DNA of 63,952 bases, counting the filler, from Perkinsus olseni (lineage: Eukaryota), in assembly GCA_013115125.1 (NCBI GenBank). It is 5 parts of 5 records of this genome, joined end to end, with 100 filler letters (N's around TTAATTAATTAA, not from the genome) between each part and the next. Parts side by side here need not be neighbours in the genome. Positions count along the whole stretch, not along the records: positions 27,388 to 40,944 come from JABANN010000756.1; positions 41,045 to 54,462 come from JABANN010000758.1; 3 more parts are not named here. One strand, given 5' to 3'. The notes under the pieces are model-generated. The model was not told the origin of the DNA. It saw only the letters and a list, made by a program, of their open reading frames with translations, and made no database searches. The position numbers were made by a program, and so were the translations under genes. This document shows, in pieces, positions 32,201-43,458 of the stretch; position 1 is the first letter of the stretch, and the number at the start of each line of letters is the position of its first letter.

Positions 32201-35200
32201 GAGATCGAGAATCACGACTACTCTAATACTCGGTGGTTGTAAGGGCAGCATAACGATACTGCCAAGCATTACCTCTCCATCGGATCATTCCTCTTCTTAG
32301 CTATAGCCAGCATCTTCTTGAGTTTGTCACGGTTACCAGTAGACAAGTACAAGAATGACAAGCCCGACAGATTTCTGGTCTTCTGATAGACCATCTCCAC
32401 CATCTATATAACATTGGTATTACCACAGTCCACACCTGCAGTAGACTCACCTGCACATTCCCCTGCCGAAGTGCCTCCTTCCCCAAACGATTCCATACTT
32501 CCTGAAGAAATGCAGAGAAATGCCGACCGTTAGATTCGAACCAGGGACCTATTGAGTGGTTACCTTCTGATCAATTCTCTTAGCGCAGCTCAGGGCTTCA
32601 TCCAAGTGACCAAACTCTAGACTCAGATTGAAACGTGTGAGAGGGTCGTCAACGAACTGGAGGGCGACTTCTGGATATCCCTTCGACTTCAGGTATCTAA
32701 GGTTTACCCTATACGCTCAACGACAAGAAGGAATGAGCGACCGCAACAACCAATATTTCTCGTCTGCTGGACGCTTGAGGAGAGTCCAAGAAACAAGAAA
32801 TGAGAGCCCATGTTCCATCAGTGGCCATAGCCAGTCCACGACTCTATTATTACCCGATGCCGACGTTGCCGCAGATACGAGCTTGTTTGATCCACCTTTT
32901 AACATCGTCATATCTCTTTTGCCACAGCGCCATCTTGAAGCAGTATCTATTGTACCACAGTGCATTCGGAAGCCGATGGTCATTAACATCGTACTCAGCA
33001 TTATTGAAGGGTCGCTTGTGGATAGCATTCTCTCTATCAAGGTACACAACAGTTTGCTTGGACACTCGGCACAAGTAATACACATCCGACAGACCTGGCA
33101 ACGTACGAGTGAGGAGTACACTGCAGCTCTCTCTCTTACTGTTAATGATTCCATAGTCACCGTTGACGATGGTGTATTTGATATGTGATAATGTGGTGAA
33201 GACGAATACTCCAGGTTGGGTCTCATCCCATACCTGAGGGAAGACGATACTCGGCGAAAGAGGTTCAACTTCATGATACTTACACCCGACTTCACCCTGA
33301 CGTTCTCGTGTAGAGAATGCAAAAGCTCCAGGTTGCGGCCGTTGGCTAAGGTAATGTTATGCTTTCCCAAGAACGCCACGTAGCTGAAATAATAACAATA
33401 ATAATAATAATACAGGAGTAGTAAGATGTTAGAATTGAACCGGGGATCTCCCGATCAACAGGCGCTGAGTACCCCGAATTACTCCATATTCTTGCTCCAC
33501 ACGACATAGCGGACACCGCCGGCCACGGTGATCTCTCCAACCACACTCCTGGCGTTGAAGTCGAATAGTTGCACCACCTCTCCAGAGCGCAGTAGAACCT
33601 GAAGAGACCAGCAACATCAATTACAGGCTCCGTTGTTACCAGCTTCTGCATTTTTGCTGGACACGTTTTGATTTCTCATTTGCATGACCAACTCGTAGAC
33701 TAGCGACAGGCGATGGGGCACGACAGATAGACATTCACAGCAAAGACGAATCGGCAGTCGATTATCATAGTGTATTACCTTGTTATTCCCGCCTTGGTAA
33801 ATAGCTTCAACATTGCTCTGATTCTTCGGCACCGGTGGCTCGAACTTCTTCACCAACTCGTTGTTCAAGTTGTACAAGCCGAGTGTGTTGTCTCGGTGCA
33901 GCACCTGAGAGGAAAGCAGACTTCACATCCTCACCTTCCCCTTCACCACCACTACCGCCAGTCTATTCCTGCTGACGAAACAGGCGCCGTTACAAGAGGT
34001 CCCTTCCTTGGCCACCAGCGGATCTCGGAGTCCTTGAGCCAGCTGGGCATTAGTGCAGGAATACAGATCATATGAGCCTGGGAGAGAGAAGACATCAAGT
34101 AAGCCACGGCAAAGAACCGGTTCAGCCCGAACGAGCCGTCCTTGATGAATCAGTCATACAGAGAATTCGAAAAGTGTCGGATCTAGCACCGGGGAAAACG
34201 AGAGCTATGTGTATCTTCTTGTTGCATTCAAATCACAACAACCTGTCGATCCACTCGAGTGCAAGCTACCATTCCGACGACCCTCGCCGTCGTCTTACCG
34301 ACTCCTTGCTGATCAACATGCATCACAATAGCGTTCATGTCAGTGCTCGAGAATGGATTAACGATTAACGACCTCAGCGAGGACACCATTGCATTAGGTG
34401 GGCGTCTGAGAGTAGCCAGACTGGTTGACGGTGGGGTAACTGGCAACAACGGCAGCAGTGAATACAGGCAGTGTGGCTCCTGAGCAACACACACACTTAC
34501 TCTCAGTTGAGCCTGGCTGCTGCTGCTGCTGCTGGTGAGACCTGCTGCTGCTGGCTTGATCAATGTTCTGCACTGTAAGGTAGCCATCCTTAGCCAGGTA
34601 CAGAGACTGAGCAGGAGAGCCACTTGGAGGCGCTGGTGTTGATCAAAACCTCCCTTTCCTACCTGTCCGGCGTGGCCACTACCACTACCAAGAGCGAAGA
34701 CTGGTCTCTCTCGATCTAGTTTGAAAACTACCATACCAGAATCGTGTCCTGCAACAATGAGCGAATGAGATCATCATCATCATCTGTAAGGAGGATGCAC
34801 ACACCTGCTGCGATGAGACTGTTGGTGGGATGCACGGCTAGTATCCAGAAGCGGTCATTCTCGCGCCTGGAAAAAAGAGCAGCGGACAGCTCCTCCTCGC
34901 CGCAGCAGTGGCAGAGCGCCCCCACCTGAACGTATGTATGGCGACCCTCTTGGTGGCGTCCCATACTCTAATGGTACGATCTTCGGAGTCAGAGATGATG
35001 AGATCCTTCTTAGCTGAATAGCAAATCAATGACTACCACGCCCAACGCTAGAGCGGAGAGCAATACAGCTCTGACGAGAGAACTAAGACCTACGCACGGC
35101 AGTGTGAAGCAGGAACGCCCTCTAGCAAAGATAAGGGTATGAGCCTTGTTCCCAGAGAACACTTACTGGAGAAAAATACAGCCGAGACGTTATTAAAGTG

Positions 35201-37008
35201 GCCTCTGAGCGTATCCACTTCCCACGCCTTGCCGTCACCCATTCGCCATATCTTGATTAACCGATCATCAGAACCTACCATACTCCATTGACTCCAACTT
35301 CCGAGAGCGGCGTGGATTACCGGAGACAATAAGAGGCATTGTGGGGTGGAAGGATGCCCAGTTGACACCGCGCTCGTGACCTTCGAGTACGTACCTGGCC
35401 ATCATACAACTCTCTGTGATAAAGCGATAAGACTACTATGGTAGAAAGAAAAAGAAAAAGAAAATTGATTGATCCAATACTAGAGCGAACAGTTTGGCGC
35501 GTGTGCATCATGATCGTTCACAGTACCGCCCCGGAAGCAAAACTATGACGACAATTCTGCTGCGGTGATCAGAAGATCCGAGTGAACGTAAAATGTGAGG
35601 GTACTCAGTATCATTATTACTAGCTCTGTGACGGCTATCAAAATAAGGGTAAAAATGATCAGTACGAACAGAGAGTGAATCCGATCTGGTCATCCTCACG
35701 ACCAATACTGTGCGCTGTATTCGTCAGAACTACGTGTAGTAGTAGGGCACCTCTCCCGATATTATCATTGCAATTAAACTGCTCTTTTGTGGCGATTTTA
35801 CCGCAAGACGAGCCCTATTTAATTCCCGGAGTGGAGCCACCTCGACCCCGGAGTAATGAGTTCAGACGTGCCCTTTCCGAGGGAGAGGAATATATTAGCT
35901 GGAATGAATCCTATTATTACTTAACGACAGCATCAGTCGTTCCGAACATGTCCGCTCCGCTGCCTAGCGAGCCACCGGCACCACCTCTGTTACCCGCACC
36001 GAGTCCTGAGGCAAAGATGGATCAGAATGATTCCATTGGAGAGGGTTATAACCTCCCATAGGACCCATCATGTTCCCTCCGCCGCCCATCGACCCAATTG
36101 ACACGGTCTTATCTCTGAGACAGGATCCGATGCAACGGCAGCAGTTGTTGTTGTTGTTGTTGCTGAAGATGTTTGCCCTCTGGGGGCGCGAGACTACCTC
36201 AATCCTGTTGTGTCCCAAACCCGGATGGTCTGATCCAAACTAGCACTGACTACAAGGTCTTGAGTGGGATGGAATTGAGCACACATAACATAGTGATTAT
36301 GACCTGACTCTGAGTCATGGAAAGAGGACACGTGTAATGCACGGACGCACCGGTCAGGACTGCAATGCACGATCTAGACTGCCAGTTCCAAATCCTCACA
36401 GTCTGGTCATCTGATGCAGAGACAATCCACGGATACCTGCCAAAACCGAAGCTTGAGATAACGTAGCTGAGTGTATTGCCTACTCATTATGGAACTGCAC
36501 GGTTCTAATGTAGTCCAGGTGCCCCAATAATGTGAAGATACAGCGTCTCAGGCGGTAATTCCAAACCTAAGGAAGAAGCACTCAATCACCTTTCGGAACT
36601 TCTGCGGGGAGTTCAACGGCAGCTGCCGCTGTGGAGTCTCACCTTGATCTTGTAGTCATCCCCTCCCGAAACAAATAAAGGCTGCGTACGATGGAAGCAT
36701 ACACCCCTTACGGGACCATCATGCTCCTCAAATTTGTCGATAAGTGTTCCCAGCCTGAGGGCAATACCCGCGTTAACCACGTGTTCATATTATTCAACGC
36801 AGGAAGAAAAGCGGTGAGGCGTTTGATACCCTCTCGAGCGTGGATGCTAGTATTAGATGATGATACGTAAAGTGACTTCTCCGTCATGCTACCGATAGTC
36901 CCAAAGTTGGATTGAACCATTGTGGAGGGAGGCGAGAATCCATGTCTGCTTCGGGTGGAATGATAGACCCTTCACTCTGTTCGATTTCGTCTCGCACTTG
37001 ACCAACAT
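29216..37008 (-). CDS. COPA: Coatomer subunit alpha (COPI), many exons
   Basis: N-terminus [41 protein letters not shown]40 exons [16 protein letters not shown] and [29 protein letters not shown]-terminal CPYC...[10 protein letters not shown]. Confidence 0.95.
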
Positions 37009-40000
37009 TAAACTCTTCACAGTGATGCCGGTAAAAAATGAACGAAGCAGAACTGGTGATAATCGGAGGTTGTCGAAGAGTAGTGCAAGACAATCCCGAC
37101 AATCGAAAAACAACTAGAAAAGGAGACATCGCGCACGGTATCAAGTTCATGTCAAAAACTATGAAGCGAGCCTTCGTTCAGATTCTGGACTCTAGACGTT
37201 CGATAGAATATTTCGACGGGCGCGGGTAATTATCGATTAGACGGGAGCGCGCCAGTACGAACCGGGCTACACCCGAATTTACCCAAACCCGGATTTAACC
37301 AACCCGAAAGAGCACGCCCAAATAATCGATAAATTAATCGTTGGGCATTTATTTGCCCAATCGCTGTTTTGTCCAATTTGATGTTTGTCTGTAACGTTCG
37401 GGTGCAAATGCCGAAGTTAGTTTCCAGAGGATGTGTGGTGTTGTGGACAGTGTTCGTGGGGGTCCATCGGAAGGTAGAGGGTTCGATACTTGGACTTGTC
37501 GTATAATCCGTGGGCTATCTTGCTTTTTTCGCTGTACTTCGTGCAGTCTGACTGACGATTCAGATATTTACTGGCAGTTTCAAATTATTCCTTCCGCTAA
37601 CTTAACTCCGCTTACGGCGCTAGGTTTTACTCTTATTACTACCGTAATGATTGATATTATCATTATCAACTTGAAAATGATTTATTTGCGTATGCTACCG
37701 AAGTTCAGTCAGCCTGCAGAGGGCCTTGCGTCCGGTGGTGGCCTCGTAGCTAAGGCAAAGACGGCTTGGATATTCGGCCAGACGATAGGTACTCGGATAG
37801 ACCAACTACCTGAGATTGACGGTAATATCACCATCAATAGCTGGGTAACCGTACTAGGATCGAGGATTGTATGGTACGGAGAACGTTCCAGACTGACCAC
37901 CTAGTACGGGTACAGAGGAATACTACGGAAGTGTATTTAATGTAGTAACTTTTTGGGCTAAATGGGCGTAGAGATTGAAGGTTTTAGGAAATACGTGCGA
38001 CGTAACCTATAGTCGTGCGAGAGGCGCTGGGTTCTAATGAATGGGTAGAATCATAATTCATGTGGTCTATTCTTTGCATGGCGCCGTTGCTCATTAGAAA
38101 GGCATCAGGTTGTGGCTAGAGTACTGTAAGACGTATTTCACCGTACTAGGGAACGGCTACGACGGGTACTACCCGTCGGGTAACACGGTTACGGAGTCGT
38201 ACAGTACGAGTCGTACTCGTACTCGTACCCATACCGTATACCGTACTAAACGGTATCGGTACCGTCGGCTACTTTATATCAAGATCTTTCATGATCTCAC
38301 GTCACGTCATCGAAGTACTACAGTCGTCGGATGATTTTCAGAAAATCTTCCGACGACTATTTAAATACTAAAATCTGAAAACTAATACGACTAATACGAG
38401 AAAATCATTTTCTCCTGCTCGGGCGTCTCTCTGGGGTCTCTGACTCCATGGGGAGAGCAGCGTCAATAACAGATTTGGAGGAGACTTGGTGCCGGTGGCT
38501 CGCTAGGTAGCGGAGTGGGGCACACTCAGTGGGCGGGTTTGAAACGACCGATGCCGTCGTTAAGGGATAATAGGATTTAACGTAGCGCCTTTTTCGTTAA
38601 CATCCTTGGGAGAGGAATCCTATAAGTTTCCGATTCATCCTTTGAGTTGAGCAGGCTTCATTTGCTAAAGTATATAGTACTACTCTACTAGAGTCGATTG
38701 AGTTAGTTTCCGGACGAGAATGCCGGCCAGGGTTCCGGCGGTCCTGGGAACTCAGACGAGAGTCGGGCGAAAAGTGAATCGGGCGGAGAGTGGACCGTAG
38801 TGGACTTCGGCGAGAGCAATGAGCAAAGGGTCGTTAGAACGACTGGGAAGTGTCAAACTTGCAACCTTACCAATAACATTTTCGCTGTTGTTGAGCCAAA
38901 GTTCCCCGGCAGCGATTTTACACTTTTCCGAGCCATCACTGAGTCCTGTACGATTTTACAAGTAGTCGAATGTACTCTGGAAATCCGCTGCGAGGAATGC
39001 CATAAAGCAATCCAGGCCCGGCATCTACGGTCTGGCTACCGTAAGCAGGACAATTGCCACGAGAAGATGAACCTGGGCGAATAATCGGAAAATGTTGGAA
39101 AATTTACCCTTGAAATATTGACGCGTTGAGTCTTATACCCGAGCGTTGGTACGGCAGAGATCGAAAGGATCGGGAAGTATTGAGTATCCTTTGTTTTCTG
39201 GGCCCCGATCCTCGATAATCAAGTACCATGAACGCCTCTTTCTAGTCTATGATAGACTGTTTATCCACGGTACTGAAATGTGAGGCTCCAAATGTACGCT
39301 ATGAACCATAGCCTACGAGGATGAATCAAAAATAACGCGTATACATGCAGTGATCTTGTGCGACAACTAGATCAGTTATCCATCGCCTGCTGACGACAAC
39401 ACGACGCAGAAATGGAGCCCCCTTCACTCTCGTGTACGCTAACGTTAAGAGTCAACTTCCCCGGCCTCTCGGATGTACAAACATGGCAGCCAGTTGTAGC
39501 ATTGCGTTAGAGTGTTCGTTCCATCCCTGATCTGTGAGATCGCATAATGATGTGGGATGATGTGAGATTAGCAGTGAGATTAACTCGGTAAGATTCGCGG
39601 TGAGATTGTGTAATCCAGGGAACACAATACCCAGATATGGGAGAGGTTAATCTCAATTGATTATCCAATCTCAATCAATCATTCACAGTTGAATAATAGA
39701 TCACTTAAGCCTAGCAGTAGACAATATCACAATACATTGCGTGGCGAGCGACAGCCGACACGACAACATCCCCCTCCCCCGGAAGAGAACTTATCACAGA
39801 GGAAAGAGTATGAACCAGAAGTAAACAAGTGATGATAGCAACGAAGATGGCTATTGACTACGGACTTCAACCATTAGTATTGATATGAGCAGACCGCTGA
39901 CAGTAGTTAACATATGATTATCACGCTGAAGACCTTCAGCATCACGGCTCGTAATCCATAAAGCAGTGGCAGCCAATTCACCAGAAGACCAGAAAGAACT

Positions 40001-41044
40001 GCCGTAAAGAACCATATCAATAGTAGACCGAAAGCACTGATGCGCTGGCGAAGACGCAGGACTCAAGTCTCAACCAAACCCAGGTGTTAAATTGAGAGCG
40101 CTAGTCACCAAAAGAAAATTCGCCCAAGATCATCCACAGCCCACATGACAACATAGAATAGCAACCGTATCAACATCCATTCGCCGAGGAACTGATGCGC
40201 TGGTGAAACCAAAAAACATATGACCCAAGTCTCAAGCAAACCAGGTTTTGCGTTGAGAGCGCTAGCCAAACAAAATGCTTCACCCAAGATCATCCACTGA
40301 GCTGAAACCTCTGAGTGTGGGGAGGGGGAGTGGGGCGTGCGAGCACCGGAACCTGAGGCAAGCGCAGTTCCGTGAGAGAGCTCTCGGAACCGCCGAAACC
40401 CAAGCGATCACGACTTCGTGCCGGCTTGGATTACCTGAGGCGGGTAGAGGTTCACTCGGAACTTTCGCGCTGATCCAGGACTTTGACCAACTTCAGCCAA
40501 CGCAGTATCATCTGAATATTGAAACCTCTGAGGAAGTTTCTCTCTGGAAGATCAACTCTTTATCTCCATTCGCGCAGAGCATTAGGGTTGCTTTAGTCAA
40601 GTACCTTTCTCGAGATATTTGTGACGTATAGAGGCTTCCCTTTCGTCTCTGCGACGCTCCATTCCGGCTACGAGGTCGACCACACGTGGAAACGGCCCAG
40701 TGCTGCCGACTCTAATCGAGACAGGGCTGGTATCGAATGAGAATGCTGCGAAAACAGCTCGTGGATCATCTTGAAGCCATCCTCATATTGTACAGCTTAC
40801 ACGCCCCGGAATTCTTTGATAGCAGCTTCCTTCGTATACCTCGGAACATCTCGGCCTCCTGCTCCTCTCGGCGCATCTCTAAATCGTCAATCCTCCGCTT
40901 GATCCTGCCCACATCTGTAGCAATTGGTGGCATCATCCTCACAGNNNNNNNNNNNNNNNNNNNNNNNNNNNNNNNNNNNNNNNNNNNNTTAATTAATTAA
41001 NNNNNNNNNNNNNNNNNNNNNNNNNNNNNNNNNNNNNNNNNNNN

Positions 41045-41115
<71 letters not shown>
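41045..41115. repeat. (AGT)n microsatellite at contig start
   Basis: About 23 perfect AGT units directly after the gap. Confidence 0.95.
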
Positions 41116-41240
41116 CACGCGTCGCTAGATGGCGTTGTGTGCTCTGTCCCCGGGGCCTTCGTGTGTACTGAAGATGATGGTAGAGCAGCGCGGGCACAGC
41201 GTAACTGATGAACCTAACTCGTACCGACTGAGGATGGCAG

Positions 41241-41620
41241 GTACGCTACTCTGCCCAACTTGATGAAGGCTAAGAAGAAGCCGATCGAAGTTATACCGGC
41301 CGAGAGCCTAGGCGTTGACCTTCAGTCTCATCTTCAAGTAAGGCTCAGTCCGTACAGTACGCCAGGACTTAGGGATGGACACAAGCAGCCATCCAGTGTG
41401 GGCCGCTATCTGTCGGCTGGACGCCGCTCAGCATTGATAGAAACCAGTGGTGCTTGTCTTGGATCGATCTTTAGTCGAACTGACATGCTCATCCTGGGTC
41501 GTCAGCATGATGGTTCAGGTGACCTCGGTGGAGGAGCCCCCAGCCCGGAAGGCGGGTGTGATCTTGAGCGATGTTGATGAACTCGTCGACAAGCTTAAGA
41601 ACGAGGCTAAGGTCCTCTAG
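41241..41620 (+). CDS. ETFB: Electron transfer flavoprotein beta subunit, last two exons (5' part lost in gap)
   Basis: [32 protein letters not shown] (41241-41337), GT..AG intron, then [33 protein letters not shown] (41519-41620). Confidence 0.9.
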
Positions 41621-41845
41621 GATAATTTCGTGGCGCGCGGTCATGCCTCCCAGAAGGTTACAGCCGTATGATCAACAGTTTTTATTACTATGCAGAGTTA
41701 CTGAGTGTGGCTGGCGTTTTCGAAGTGGTCCTCACAGACGTTGTCGTGTTCAATGCGTACGCGTGCACGTCACGCTTGACATTCAACGATCGGTGTCTTC
41801 CATGCCTTTAAGTTGAGATTCTTCTCGTGTTGTTCTCTATTCCTC

Positions 41846-43360
41846 ATGATGACTAATTTTTACGAAGAACCGGTTGCTGGTGGTGCGAGTGAGGGGTTAT
41901 GGAAGGCTAATCAAGACCTCGCCCTTATGAGTCTGCATCATCCCTTCGTCCAAGGCCTTGGTGATGGCACCCTCGACCCCGCTGCCTTCACTACTTATAT
42001 GGCTCAGGATACGCTATACTTGAACGGTTACCTCCGGGCTCTCTCCTACTGCATCGCTAAGAGCGACGTGACAGCGACGGGGAAGGAGCTGCTGGCGTTA
42101 CTGGATGGCGTTGGAGATGAGCTGAAGGCTTGCCATCAGCACTACATTGACAACCCTGATGCCACTGGTCCGGAGGGTGCTTGCCGTAAATATGTCAACT
42201 TCTTGCTCACCATCGGTCAGGCTGATCTCGGACCATCAGTCATGGTAGCCGCTGTTATACCCTGTGCTAGGTTGTACGCTTGGATCGGCAGGGAGCTGAC
42301 GGCTGGTCGGGAGGTCCCAGAGGACCATCCCTTCCGCAGATGGCTGGTCAGCTACGCCGATAAGCCCATCAACGACTCGGCTAAGACCCTCGAAGCCCTC
42401 CTCGATAAGCAGATTGAGCCGGGCGAGTATGAGGAGGTCGCGAAGGCCTATAGACGTGCTATGGAGCTCGAGTACGACTTCTTCGATTCCTTTGGAGGCT
42501 GCTTGGGTCGGTCTGCTGATGCAGCCATCACGGTCCCTACAGTGTTGGTTGTTAGCGGTAGCGACTCTGGTGGAGGAGCAGGCCATCAGGCTGACTTGAA
42601 GGCCTTGGAGGCCCTGGGAGTCTACTCTACCTCAGCGTTGACATCGATAACTGCGCAGAACACTAAAGGCGTTCATCGAGTGCAAGTGGTTGATGATGAG
42701 ATTTTTGCGGGCCAGATCGATTCGGTTATCAGCGACTTCAAGGTCTCTGTTGTGAAGCTTGGATTGGTGCCTTGCGCTAGCCAGCTAGAGATGATAGCTA
42801 AGAAGGTGGGACACTTGCCGATGGTGGTGGACCCTGTCTTGGTGGCAACCAGCGGAGACGATCTTGTCGCTCAGAAGAACGCCGAGGATGTTTTGGCGAC
42901 CTACAAGGAACGCATTTTCCCGCGCGCCACAATAATCACTCCGAATCTCCCGGAAGCGCAGCGCCTGCTCGGTAGGAAGGAGATCACAGGTGTCTACGAG
43001 GCCAGGGCTGCCGCACAGGCGTTGGCTCAGTACGGGTCCAAGTTTGTCCTGGTGAAGGGTGGCCATGATGAGTCCGACCCCGACACCTGCCGCGATGTCC
43101 TCTACGATCGGGAGAAGGACCACTTCTACGAGTTTACCAATAAGCGTATCGCCACGACCAACACCCATGGTACGGGCTGCACTCTTGCCAGCGCCATCTC
43201 TGGCTTCATGGCTCGCGGTTACTCTGTCCCACAGGCTGTCGAGAATGCCATCGGCTACCTTCATCAAGTGATAGTCCGCTCCTGTGGAGTCCCGTTAGGA
43301 CAGGGCACCAACAGGCCCCTAGTCCACTCATCCAACAGCATTTGGGCCAACTACTGTTAA
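41846..43360 (+). CDS. tenA-thiD: TenA (thiaminase II/aminopyrimidine aminohydrolase)-ThiD (HMP/HMP-P kinase) fusion, intronless
   Basis: TenA motifs HPFVQGLGDGTL, YMAQDTLYL, catalytic-Cys motif VIPCARLY, ELEYDFF. ThiD motifs GSDSGGGAGHQADLK, DPVLVATSG, TPNLPEA, KGGH, THGTGCTLASA. Confidence 0.95.
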   Translation: MMTNFYEEPVAGGASEGLWKANQDLALMSLHHPFVQGLGDGTLDPAAFTTYMAQDTLYLNGYLRALSYCIAKSDVTATGKELLALLDGVGDELKACHQHYIDNPDATGPEGACRKYVNFLLTIGQADLGPSVMVAAVIPCARLYAWIGRELTAGREVPEDHPFRRWLVSYADKPINDSAKTLEALLDKQIEPGEYEEVAKAYRRAMELEYDFFDSFGGCLGRSADAAITVPTVLVVSGSDSGGGAGHQADLKALEALGVYSTSALTSITAQNTKGVHRVQVVDDEIFAGQIDSVISDFKVSVVKLGLVPCASQLEMIAKKVGHLPMVVDPVLVATSGDDLVAQKNAEDVLATYKERIFPRATIITPNLPEAQRLLGRKEITGVYEARAAAQALAQYGSKFVLVKGGHDESDPDTCRDVLYDREKDHFYEFTNKRIATTNTHGTGCTLASAISGFMARGYSVPQAVENAIGYLHQVIVRSCGVPLGQGTNRPLVHSSNSIWANYC

Positions 43361-43458
43361 TATCTCCCTTAGGCTTGGTGATTTATTGTTTTCCCTCGGC
43401 AGTAGTGTAGTGTTGATAGCATTGTCCCGAATCTCGTACGAGTTAGCTTTTTATTGGT

